DNA of 63,834 bases, the filler included, from Octopus bimaculoides (Eukaryota), in the NCBI RefSeq assembly GCF_001194135.2. It is 6 parts of 6 records of this genome, joined end to end, with 100 filler letters (N's around TTAATTAATTAA, not from the genome) between each part and the next. Parts side by side here need not be neighbours in the genome. Positions count along the whole stretch, not along the records: positions 35,854 to 50,241 come from NC_068987.1; 5 more parts are not named here. The stretch is one strand, 5' to 3'. How positions within the stretch are numbered: position 1 is the first letter of the stretch; each line of letters opens with the position of its first letter. The notes under the pieces were generated by a model. It ran no database searches, had not been told where the DNA came from, and worked only from the letters and a program-made list of their open reading frames with translations. Shown piece after piece: positions 39,051-50,241 of the stretch. The position numbers and the translations under genes were made by a program.

Positions 39051-39814
39051 AACCCTATAATACAAAATAATCTGCAAAGAAAGAAAGAAAAACAATTAAG
39101 GTAAAAATTAATTCTAAATTTAACCGTAAGTATTGAGAGAATGATTATGTTAAAAATGCGACAGGATTTTCTTTTCAAAATTTCGGCCTCGACTCTCTCT
39201 TCCACAAGTCTTCTAATATATTTCCTCCCCATCCCTCGCCCTTTCCACGCCGCTACCACACCGCTCCCATGTAACGCACTCACACCTACACCCTTCCGAT
39301 CACTCCATTTCATCTCCACACATACTACTTGTCCTCAATACACCTACGCATCTTCCACGAACACTCATCTTCCCACTGCGTCACAAACTTTAAAAATACC
39401 TCACTGACATGCACGCACACACACACATCCCATCTCCTCCATCTTCTTGTTTCTTTAATACCCCTACGTACGCTTGTACATCCCCCCACACACCCTCTTA
39501 CACTCTCTCACTAAGGCGTACATATCGGGCCTCTGACCATTTCTTACAAACATCTTTTCTCATTCTTTTTCTCCCAGGTGACATTTACTTACTGTAAGGG
39601 CATTTTGCTCTTATAATTATCTGTTAATTGTTACTGAATTTTACTGTTAATATGCTTACGTAAATCTCACTGTTCTTTGCCTTTGTATCGTTCTAAATGT
39701 TTCTTGGAGCCCCTGTGGTTAATATGAAAATTATTATTATTATCGTTGTTGTATTTGGGGATGGTCATATTGCCAGTTTAGCCAAATATATAAACGGAAT
39801 TAATATTATCATTA

Positions 39815-39842
39815 TTGTTATTATTACTACTACTACCACTAC

Positions 39843-39885
<43 letters not shown>

Positions 39886-39950
39886 GTTGTTGTTGCTGTT
39901 GTTGTTGTTGTTGTTGTTGTTGTTGCTGTTGCTGCTGTTGTTGTTGTGGA
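39815..39950. repeat. Compound (ATT)n/(GTT)n microsatellite
   Basis: attattatt... changing to gttgttgtt... Confidence 0.9.
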
Positions 39951-40435
39951 AAAATAGGTGGTGCCGTAGGGCACAAATGATGTAATGTAACCGAAATGAA
40001 TTATCTTAAGTAACCGACATGAATGATCTTAACACACGAGGCAAAAAGGAAACAGCACGTGGTATAACGATATCCTAAATATAAAAAAAAAACCCCAAAT
40101 AAACGAAATGATTAGGAATAGAACATCTTTGATCGAATGATCACAGATAGAACGTCTTAAGATCATACGTTTTCTCAGTCGAGGCGAACCCTTCCTAAAG
40201 AGCATTTCTACGAAATGCTTTAATATGCTTCCATGTAGGAGTCGGGAATTCTATGACGACTGCTTTCATTCTATTATTTAGGCTAAACGATTCTGTTTTA
40301 AGCAACATTGCTGAAAGTTACTACAATAAACCATTTCTATACACAGTTCTTACACAATTTCAGCATTTTTATGCATTTAGACTGTGGGTAAGGAAGGCTA
40401 ACTAAAAAAGGGAGTAGTATAGGAAAAAAATGGAC

Positions 40436-40519
<84 letters not shown>

Positions 40520-40889
40520 AACAGACGAATAATGTTTGGAATTTGTAGAATTTGCGACAATTACTTCATTAGACATCTTTATTTAATGTGTGTATATGTG
40601 TGTGTATCATATACATAAATAAAACTAATAATATATACATACATGTACATATGTACGTGTGTGTGTGCATTTGTGTATGTATATATATATATATATATAG
40701 AGTTATTAATATTTCTAAGTCTCTCTAAAGGAGACTACGGCAGCGGTACTGGAAATTAATAGTTATCGCCAAGCCATATACATACATGCATACATAAGTA
40801 CATAACATAATTCTTACATACACACACACACGCACACACACGCGCATACAAACGCATACACACACACACACACACACACCACATATTAG

Positions 40890-40999
40890 TAACAATAATC
40901 CTTCGATGGAATTTATAAACATTTAATGCATCGCTACGCGCGTTTCTACGCAAGGCGATGCATTAAATGCATATAAATTCCATCCACGGATCATTGTTA
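40890..40999. other. About 110-nt stem-loop (pre-miRNA-like or MITE remnant)
   Basis: 40920-40934 pairs perfectly with 40955-40969, 40905-40917 with 40972-40984, and pairing continues with mismatches to 40890/40999. Confidence 0.7.
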
Positions 41000-41589
41000 T
41001 TATTACTATAGTTACCAACATTATATCGGTACGACTCGATGAAAACCCCAAAACTGGTTCATCAGTTAGCTTCTTTAGACTGTAGAATAGGAGATTTATT
41101 TTCATATCCATAACGATTCCCAGACGCAAATTTAATATATATATATACACATACGTATGAATGTATGTGTATGAATACATACACATGCATTCATACATTC
41201 ATACATATACAAATATANNNNNNNNNNNNNNNNNNNNNNNNNNNNNNNNNNNNNNNNNNNNNNNNNNNNNNNNNNNNNNNNNNNNNNNNNNNNNNNNNNN
41301 NNNNNNNNNNNNNNNNNNNNNNNNNNNNNNNNNNNNNNNNNNNNNNNNNNNNNNNNNNNNNNNNNNNNNNNNNNNNNNNNNNNNNNNNNNNNNNNNNNNN
41401 NNNNNNNNNNNNNNNNNNNNNNNNNNNNNNNNNNNNNNNNNNNNNNNNNNNNNNNNNNNNNNNNNNNNNNNNNNNNNNNNNNNNNNNNNNNNNNNNNNNN
41501 NNNNNNNNNNNNNNNNNNNNNNNNNNNNNNNNNNNNNNNNNNNNNNNNNNNNNNNNNNNNNNNNNNNNNNNNNNNNNNNATTGCGGATA

Positions 41590-42530
41590 ACAGTCCTCCA
41601 GTCTGTCCTATCCATGGCAATCTGTTCTCATGACGATGACTGGATATTAATTTGAGCCAGGGTCTGTTTGAGCTGGTCTTTAAAACGGAATTTCGGACCT
41701 CCTCAAGGTCTTGTTCCGATTGCAGGTTCTCTGCAGAGTATGATCGTCGGGAGACGAAAGAGCTCCATACGCTGGACATGACCTGCCCAGAAGAGACGAT
41801 GCCGAAGAATGGTGGCTTCGACGCTTGGTAGTGAGGCGCTGCGAGGAACCTCATTGTTGGTAATATGATCTTCCCATCGAATATTGAGGATCTGTCGTAG
41901 CTTGGATTGCCGGAAGCATTCAAGGCGCTTGAAGTCATGTCGGTACAGCGTCCAAGTTTCACAAGCGTATAGAAGAGTTGACAAACGTAGAGAAGAGGAC
42001 AATAGCATGGAAGACCATGATCTTTGTCCGGATGGTCAGTGATTGATTGAGGAATACACGCTGGCTGAGTCTATCGAAAGTGGTGTGCGCCGCCCTGATC
42101 CGGTTTCCAAGTTCTTTTCACACGTGGGTGTCTTCGAAAGAATACTCCCAAGGTATGAGAAGTGTTCAGCTTCCTCTAGGGTTTGGGCGTTGATGCCAAT
42201 GTTCTGGCCTGGTGCAGGTTGGATCAGGGTCTTGGTCTTTAACATGTTTACCTGCATCCCGAAGCGTTCATAAACCGCGTTGTAAAGATCAGCCGTCCTT
42301 TGTAGGCCATCTACGATCCGGCTCGGGGTGGCATTGTCGTCAACATACTGTATTTCACGGACTGAGATGGCGGAGGTCCTCGTCTTTGCGCAGAGACATG
42401 TGAGATTGAAGAGTCCGCCATCCAAGTGATAGAGCATGTTGATGGAAGGTGAGTCCAGTGGGATTTCGTTGAATTTGGCGGCCATGTACAAAGAGAAACA
42501 GGGTGGTGAGACACACATAAGAAGGAAGGA
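41590..42530 (-). mobile_element. RTE/BovB-like LINE, RT C-terminal half and downstream domain
   Basis: ...DGGLFNL...EIQYVDD...FGMQVNMLKTK...HFSYLGSILS and STLLYACETWTLYRHDFKRLECFRQSKLRQILNIRWEDHITNNEV...RLFWAGHVQRM; frameshifted. Confidence 0.92.
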
Positions 42531-42740
42531 AACAAAGGACCACTGATGAGGTCACAGAAGTGTGACGAAAGAACTCTGGCCGAAATAAGATTAAGATTAA
42601 TGTAATATAAAGCTGAAGCAAATTAACACCAAATATACAGTGCGTGTGTTTTTATTGGCTAAACTGGCAATATGACCATCCCCAAGTACAACAACATCTG
42701 TTTCAACACACGATTTCACATCAAAAATCTTGCAAAACAA

Positions 42741-42781
<41 letters not shown>

Positions 42782-43253
42782 ATGCTCGCATTACTTAAAT
42801 AAATGGAGTAGCATGAAACGTGCGTACTGCAATCATCTTTAAAATCCGTGTTGCTTATTTTGATTTTTTGATCACCTTGCTTTTAGAATGGTTTTTGGAT
42901 AATACCATACTGTATTCTGGTGCCTAAACATAAGTACCATATTCAATTTTGAATCTAAATCTAAATCTTATATATATATATATATATACACACATGTATA
43001 TGCATTTATATAATAAACATATACCATTTCAATAGCATTGTGTGTCATGGACGATATTATCTAATGTTTCCTTTCTTGTTCAAGAAGATATACAATTTGA
43101 GTGAAATTTTATGGCTATTTCTAGAGGTAGAGCCATCACGTATCATGTCACGCTGTCTCGTATACAGAGATCTCGTATATAGTGTGTTAGATTATAGTTT
43201 AGTATGGGAATCCGATTGATTACAAAATTTCCCATACTTTAAATGAACGTCAT

Positions 43254-43453
43254 TGTGAAAAGAACTTGGAAACCGGATCAGGGCGGCGCACACCACTTTC
43301 GATAGACTCAGCCAGCGTGTATTCCTCAATCAATCACTGACCATCCGGACAAAGATCATGGTCTTCCATGCTATTGTCCTCTTCTCTACGTTTGTCAACT
43401 CTTCTCTACGCTTGTGAAACTTGGACGCTGTACCGACATGACTTCAAGCGCCT
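43254..43453 (+). mobile_element. 200-bp inverted duplicate of RTE segment 41923-42122
   Basis: Reverse complement of 41923-42122 with one mismatch seen (TATACG vs TCTACG). Confidence 0.9.
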
Positions 43454-44145
43454 GGCTCCTGTCATTGGAAAGAACTTGTGAGCGTATATCAGCTCTGATT
43501 CCCTGATAGATACTAATCTAACACTTTCGTGAGGTGATACAAGATCAGAAGCAACTGTAGGCGGTAGAATGTATATTAATTACAGCATTTATTGTCGTCT
43601 AACGTAGGGGAATAATTGTGCTTGACCAACGTTTTCATTTTGTTGCTTAATACGCTTCACAATATCTCAATACGTTTAATTTCGCAGTTCGAATCCTTCT
43701 ATTTGTAGATCAGACTTAATTGAGTAGTTAACCTAAGTTCATCACACACACACCTGTAGGACTAATGACTCAATTCTTCTGATTAAAATCCAAACAAACT
43801 TAGGTTAACAATTTAGTTTCTAGAGTCTCAACGTATTTCTGCTCAGAAATCTCTGGTTGACAGATTAGGTACACGGGAGAATTATGAATAATAAATGGTA
43901 GTTAGGGAGCCAATGATAAGGTTAGACACCAATAGGTTTTGTTCCACCTAATCCCTAACAATACGGCATTGTGCTGCGGTTGATAACAGATAAGCTAGAG
44001 GAGTTTTTGTAAAAGATATCACATCTCTAAAGACAACAAAACGAGTAGCATAAACGACTTTGGAAGGGTTTCTTCAATATCAAATATAAAGGTTGTGTTA
44101 TTGGAGTTAAGATGTGTGTGGGCTAGAAATAACGGTGAATTATAT

Positions 44146-45357
44146 GTTGGCGACCAATGGGAAAACGTGTCCAACGTTGAGCAGCTATGCTCTACCGAGC
44201 TTCGTCAAAGGTTCCTCCTCCTTCAGTAGTATTATCTTCTCAGTCTCCTCTATGGACTGACGCAGACGATGTCTGCTAAAGTGACACTCGAGAGAAGAGT
44301 TGGGCGTCCCAGCCCGTCCAGGGAGTATGTGTGGCCGCCTTCAAGTCTGACCCGATCGGAAACAGGTGGGATTTCTGAGGAGTGCTACTTGGGAGTGCCT
44401 GACCCGTGGAATGCCACTCGGGAGTACCTGACTCGTGGAGGCCGAGGTGATAACACCTGCCGGCGTTGCGGCAGCGTCCGAAACAAACTTCCACACCAGT
44501 GGCCAGTGTCCGCGCCTAAAAACGCAGAGGCTGGCCAGGCACACACGAATATACCGGCTGGTAGATGGGGAGCTGGTAGAATCGTTATTACGCTGGGCAA
44601 AATACCTAACAGCATTTTGTCTGTCCTTACGTTCTGAGTTCAAATTCCGCCGGGGTCAACTTTGCGTTTTATCTTCTCAGGGTCACTAAATTCACCGACA
44701 CAACCATCTATATGGTTATTCGACTCGCTATAAATAGTCATTAAGTCTCCTTCAAATGATATCCCACCGTTTTAGAATAAAGAAACGCTGGATAACGTGA
44801 TCTTGAATTTCCTGCAAATATGCCGGCTGGTGGCTAAGGAGGCCGAACGTTACGGTTGGATAGTCGGTTGGGAGCAAGTTTTCTACGTAGACCTGCGTTC
44901 GTGATATTGGTTCAGATCGTTCGCCAGGGTCGTTAGGTGACGATCAACAGTTGTAGTGTTCCGTTGCTATCGAGTTCGAGTGTTCCCCGTTGCCATGCCG
45001 GATCTCTGTCGCTGTCGTACCCGTCAGTGACTCGGTTTCGCTGTCCGACCAGTAGGCAATCAATGCCGCATCGTACATCTCGCGGCTCCCATTGGTCTAA
45101 CCGTAAGTCCCGTAAACAGTTGCGTGTACTTCGAGCCCACGATTCCCTGCGTTTCCATCGCAGGGCTAGGTCCCAGGTACGCGGTAGACCGGCTCCCAGC
45201 CGACTACCTAACCGTAACGCTCGGCCTCCCTAGCCACCAGCCGGCAGATTCGTGTGTGTCTGGCCAGCCTCTGCATCTTTAGGCGCGGACACTGGCCACT
45301 GATGTGGGAGATTGTTTCGGACGCGCTGCCGTAACACCGGCAGGTGTTATCGCCTCG
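44146..45357. mobile_element. R2-like (restriction-like endonuclease) non-LTR retrotransposon relic as two convergent partial copies
   Basis: Plus: EKSWASQPVQGVCVAAFKSDPIGNRW...TREYLTRGGRGDNTCRRCGS; minus (45357 down): RGDNTCRCYGSASETISHISGQCPRLKMQRLARHTRICRLVAREAERYG*VVGWEP, i.e. a CCHC knuckle plus R..RH and W..EP motifs of R2-type ORFs. Confidence 0.75.
44563..44820 (+). mobile_element. Insertion copied from 47795-48145 (SINE B 5' part plus 3' flank, internally deleted)
   Basis: Near-identical to 47795-47915 joined to 48010-48145; flanked by AATATACCGGCTGGT / AATATGCCGGCTGGT. Confidence 0.85.
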
Positions 45358-45440
45358 AGAAGCAACCCTAATATAGTAACAATGTCAAAATGAATGAAGT
45401 TGGGGGCTAAACCCTTTTTCTGCAGCTACTTGATAATACC

Positions 45441-45821
45441 GTGGAGGCGCAATGGCCCAGTGGTTAGGGCAGCGGACACGCGGTCATAGGATCGCAGTTT
45501 CGATTCCCAGACCGGGCGTTGTGAGTGTTTATTGAGCGAAAACACCTAAAGCTCCACGAGGCTCCGGCAGAGGACGGGGGGCGAACCCTGCTGTACTCCT
45601 TCACCATAACTTTCACTCTTACTTCCTGTTTCTGTTGTGCCTGTAATTCAAAGGGTCAGACTTGTCACACTGTCACGCTGAATATCCCCGAGAACTACGT
45701 TAAGGGTACACGTGTCTGTGGAGTGCTCAGCCACTTGCACGTTAATTTCACGAGCAGGCTGTTCCGTTGATCGGATCAACTGGAACCCTCGTCGTCGTAA
45801 GCGACGGAGTGCCAACAACAA
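45441..45821 (+). mobile_element. Full-length tRNA-derived SINE, family C, with 13-bp TSD
   Basis: Head GGAGGCGCAATGGCCCAGTGGTTAGGG...GTTTCGATTCCC; TSD ACTTGATAATACC at 45428-45440 and 45822-45834. Confidence 0.92.
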
Positions 45822-46479
45822 ACTTGATAATACCACAATTTTCAGGAGAGGTCGTTACCAGTTACTTTTGAAATCTTCTTTGAACAGTCAGATGTCAGTT
45901 TAGATAGAAAGAAACAATGCAGTTATTAATAAAAAGAGTTGAAATTAATGCATGCAACATTTCGCAGCTCTAGCACCACTCTTTCATAGTCAGGCTCCTC
46001 TTGTATAAAAGGAAACCACTAAAGTGTGTTCATTATCTGCTCCCCTAGAAACACGTGGTGGGATAGTTACGACTTTGTAGTCTAGAAACGTATCGTCTAT
46101 AAAGCAGATAGGTAGATTAAAGTCACAGAAAGGAACGAAGGATTCTGATAACACGTAAAGCTGCTCACTCTACACTCAATGTGAAAGTCATTTATAACAA
46201 CTTTATCAAAGTCGACGTGTTATCTTGGTATTAACAAATGGTGGATATCTCGATGCCACATCCGTTTACTGAATTTCTGGAGTGATTGATACTTATTGAG
46301 GTAGTGGATCAATATTTCTTTTTAACAGCAGAAATTGTTCTTGTTTTGTAATTGCTTTATCTTTTCTCTTCTTTCTTAATGACTGATTGGAAATAAAAGC
46401 ATAAAAACGAAAGTGGGCTGATATATATGTATCTGTTTATTTTTTTTTTCTTAGTTCATTCGTAGCTCCACAGTACATA

Positions 46480-46613
46480 TAGATCACCAGCTTCATCTTC
46501 GTTGTTGTCGTCGTCGTCATCGTCAACATCATCATATTCATTGTCATCATAACAGTCATAACCATCATCATCATTATCAACATCATCGTCATCATTATCA
46601 TCAAAACAATCAC

Positions 46614-46665
<52 letters not shown>

Positions 46666-46750
46666 GTCATCACTATCATCAAGACAATCATCATCATCAT
46701 CATCATCGCCAACGCCATCGTTATTGTCGAGTCGTCCCCTCATTATCAAG

Positions 46751-46783
<33 letters not shown>

Positions 46784-46965
46784 GTCATCATTATCATCAA
46801 GACAATCATCATCATCATCATCATCACCAACGCCATCGTTATTGTCGAGTCGTCCCCTCATTATCAAGAACATCATCATCATGATCATGATCATCATCAT
46901 CATCATCAATACTCATCATCATCATCATCAACACTCATCATCATCATCATCATCATCAACGTCAT
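46480..46965. repeat. (CAT)n repeat with higher-order duplication
   Basis: AAGACAATC(ATC)n-CCAACGCCATCGTTATTGTCGAGTCGTCCCCTCATTATCAAG occurs twice (about 46681-46750 and 46799-46868). Confidence 0.9.
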
Positions 46966-46974
46966 CGTTAGGGG

Positions 46975-47140
46975 AGGGGCTAAGTCAATTAAATCAAACT
47001 TAGTGCTCAACTGGCACTTACTTCATCGACCTCCGAGAGGATGAAAAGCAAAGTCGACCCCGGCGGCATTTGAACCCACAACGTAAAGACGATCAAAATA
47101 CCGTTCGGTATTTTGTCTGGCGTGATAACGATTCTGCCAG
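46975..47140 (-). mobile_element. SINE, family B
   Basis: GGATGAAAAGCAAAGTCGACCCCGGCGGCATTTGAACCC...AACGATTCTGCCAGC. Confidence 0.8.
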
Positions 47141-47791
47141 CCCATCATCAACGTCATCACTGTCGTCAGCATCGTCCCCCCCCCACCACAACCGCCATGG
47201 TCACGATCATGATCTTGATCATAATCATCCTCTTCCATTATCATCGCCTGCGTCCGCCACCACAATCGTATCTAAGAACAAGCAAATGAACGCACACACA
47301 CTTTATATACATATGTTTCGATTTGCTCTTGTCTTGCTTGTTCATTAATCAAAGCCACGAAAAATAAAAAAATAAAAAAGGTGATTGCCCTTAATATGAC
47401 AATCCGGAAATTATGGAGAGCTTTCAGTTAATTTTCTGACACCATTAATAAAATATGTCTTTGGAAACAATGAATTTTTTTAGGTAAACTTTCAATTTTA
47501 TATTGATGGCTTCAATACGGTTTTCAAATATTTTTTCTCTGTATATTTGAGCTTATAGTTTGCCGATAATAGAGGAGATGCTCTTTTTTTTTGTTTTTAG
47601 ATAAGCATCTTTATATATTGCTTTCTCATTAATCATAGCATACGTGGGAGTACAGTCAGTAGAAAGCTAGGCTAAATATTGTTCAGTAAAGAAATGGAAC
47701 TATGCTTATCTTTCATTTTCATAGATAATTTCTGTTGAAGCTAACTTTGTTTTCCAATGACTAAACTATTTTCCAGTAATAAATTCACCGA

Positions 47792-48011
47792 GAGAAGACG
47801 GGGAGCTGGTAGAATCGTTATTACGCTGGGAAAAATACTTAACAGCATTTCGTCTGTCCTTATGTTCTGAGTTCAAATGCCGCCGGGGTCAGCTTTGCGT
47901 TTAATCTTCTCAGGGTCGATAAAATAAGTACCAGTCGAGCCTTGGGGTCTAGTTAATCGACTTAACCCCCTCCCCTGAAATTGCTGGCCTTGTGCCAAAA
48001 TTTGAAATCAC
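47792..48011 (+). mobile_element. Full family B SINE with 12-bp TSD
   Basis: TSD TAAATTCACCGA at 47780-47791 and 48012-48023. Confidence 0.9.
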
Positions 48012-48309
48012 TAAATTCACCGACACAACCATCTATATGGTTATTCGACTCGCTATCAATAGTCATTAAGTCTCCTTCAAATGATATCCCGCCGTTTTAG
48101 AATAAAGAAACGCTGGATAACGTGATCTTGAATTTCCTGCAAATAGGAAAAAGGCAGGATGATCTCAAATGGAATGTCTTTCATCATAAGTCTGATCGAT
48201 CAGGGTTGGTCCAGAGCTAAACAACAACACTGAGGGAACCTTCAATGTGGTCGCTAGATCCGCTAAGAATAGCCGACAAGTCTTCAAATATATATAGTTT
48301 TGAAAGTAT

Positions 48310-48445
48310 AAAAACATCCTTTCAACAAAAGTAGTGTGAGATACGCCAAATAAAGGCAGATTCGATAAAGTAATCCTAGCTACCATGAAAAAAGATACAT
48401 TTGATAAAGTATTCCGAGATACCCTGAATAAAGACATGATAGCCA
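48310..48445. repeat. 39-bp degenerate tandem repeat (13-codon period)
   Basis: Minus-frame units SLFRVSRNTLSNV / SFFMVARITLSNL / PLFGVSHTTFVER. Confidence 0.6.
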
Positions 48446-49157
48446 AACCTAGAATAAAATATTTATCAGTATTATAATAATGTCAATTTCTTGGCAACAT
48501 TGAGTTTTACAGGAAGTAACTCATATATCTTGTGTGTAAACAAAAGAATTTACCGAAAAGGNNNNNNNNNNNNNNNNNNNNNNNNNNNNNNNNNNNNNNN
48601 NNNNNNNNNNNNNNNNNNNNNNNNNNNNNNNNNNNNNNNNNNNNNNNNNNNNNNNNNNNNNNNNNNNNNNNNNNNNNNNNNNNNNNNNNNNNNNNNNNNN
48701 NNNNNNNNNNNNNNNNNNNNNNNNNNNNNNNNNNNNNNNNNNNNNNNNNNNNNNNNNNNNNNNNNNNNNNNNNNNNNNNNNNNNNNNNNNNNNNNNNNNN
48801 NNNNNNNNNNNNNNNNNNNNNNNNNNNNNNNNNNNNNNNNNNNNNNNNNNNNNNNNNNNNNNNNNNNNNNNNNNNNNNNNNNNNNNNNNNNNNNNNNNNN
48901 NNNNNNNNNNNNNNNNNNNNNNNNNNNNNNNNNNNNNNNNNNNNNNNNNNNNNNNNNNNNNNNNNNNNNNNNNNNNNNNNNNNNNNNNNNNNNNNNNNNN
49001 NNNNNNNNNNNNNNNNNNNNNNNNNNNNNNNNNNNNNNNNNNNNNNNNNNNNNNNNNNNNNNNNNNNNNNNNNNNNNNNNNNNNNNNNNNNNNNNNNNNN
49101 NNNNNNNNNNNNNNNNNNNNNNNNNNNNNNNNNNNNNNNNNNNNNNNNNNNNNNNNN

Positions 49158-49217
<60 letters not shown>

Positions 49218-49218
49218 T

Positions 49219-49300
49219 AGTGAAAGTATTAAAAGTGAAAGAATAAAAGTGAAAGTATTAAAAGTGAAAGTAATAAAAGTGAAATATAAAAGTGAAACTA
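49219..49300 (+). repeat. Tandem array of six AGTGAAA units (13-15 bp period)
   Basis: agtgaaagtattaaa agtgaaagaataaa agtgaaagtattaaa agtgaaagtaataaa agtgaaatataaa agtgaaac. Confidence 0.85.
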
Positions 49301-49638
49301 TTTATAACTTACTCTGTCGAACGTTTTACTTTTATTCTTCGAGTTTTTGAGACGTAATACGGAACCTGTGCCGAGACGTAATACGAAACCAGTGCCAATG
49401 TTGCATTGTTTTAAAAAAAATATTACCTGTTGACACTCCTGGGGTGTGATGGTATTACCATGTAAAATTTGATTAGAATTGGTAGAGCCATTTGAGAATG
49501 CATTGGGAACAGAGATACAAAAGATTTTATGTATATATATATATATATAGACATAAATAATTATTCATTCTGAATAATAATACCAACGAGGACAATAATA
49601 CCAACGGGAATGCACTGGTTTTCTAATACGTATAATTG

Positions 49639-49670
<32 letters not shown>

Positions 49671-49728
49671 TGTATGTATTAATGTATGTATGCATCAGTC
49701 TGTCTGTCTCTGTCTCTCTGTCTCTCCA

Positions 49729-49813
49729 CGAAAGGAAGACGAAAGAGAAAGAGAGTCACTTACTTTCGGACAGTAAGTGACTCTCTCTCTCTTTCTCTTT
49801 CGTCTTCCTTTCG
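49729..49813. other. 36-bp hairpin with 7-nt loop and 6-nt bulge at the 5' junction of a LINE ORF
   Basis: CGAAAGGAAGACGAAAGAGAAAGAGAGTCACTTACT-TTCGGAC-AGTAAGTGACTCTC(TCTCTC)TTTCTCTTTCGTCTTCCTTTCG. Confidence 0.9.
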
Positions 49814-49821
49814 ATAGGAAC

Positions 49822-50241
49822 ATGCTCAAAATAAGCAGTATAAATGCACGTGGCTTGGGGTCGCCTTGGAAACTAGGCTATCTGTTAAACGATATCAAGT
49901 CACAAAATCTGCATAGCATAGCCATCAGTGAGACCAGACTCCACAGCCCGTGGGTACACCAGCACATGTTCGGCGCACATTTCGACATTTATTTTTCTCC
50001 GTGTCTGCCGAGAATGGGCGTAGGTGGCATCGCAATGCTTGTTCGGAAGAGTCTAGACCCAGAGGGTAGGCTGGTCGTCTTGGATGTCGATGGCAGAAAT
50101 GGGTGTGCTTTTCGACTGATAACAGTTTATACACCGTCCTTAACAGGCCAGCCAGATTTCTTTCGACGTCTAGAGGTTTTCCTGGGAACGTCTCGACCTT
50201 TACTTTTAGTGGGGGATTGGAACGCTACCCTCGACACGCAT
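49822..50241 (+). mobile_element. L1/Tx1-clade LINE ORF2, AP-endonuclease domain (open up to the linker)
   Basis: MLKISSINARGL...AISETRL...GIAMLVRKS...EGRLVVLDV...FRLITVY.P...DFFRRLEVFL...LLLVGDWNATLD. Confidence 0.88.

Noticed and set aside
44937-45233. 98-aa Arg/Ser-rich plus-strand ORF
   Set aside because: Largely the antisense or spacer of the R2-like relic; GC-rich DNA gives long chance ORFs. A weak zinc-finger-like look (RFRCPT) was not supportable.
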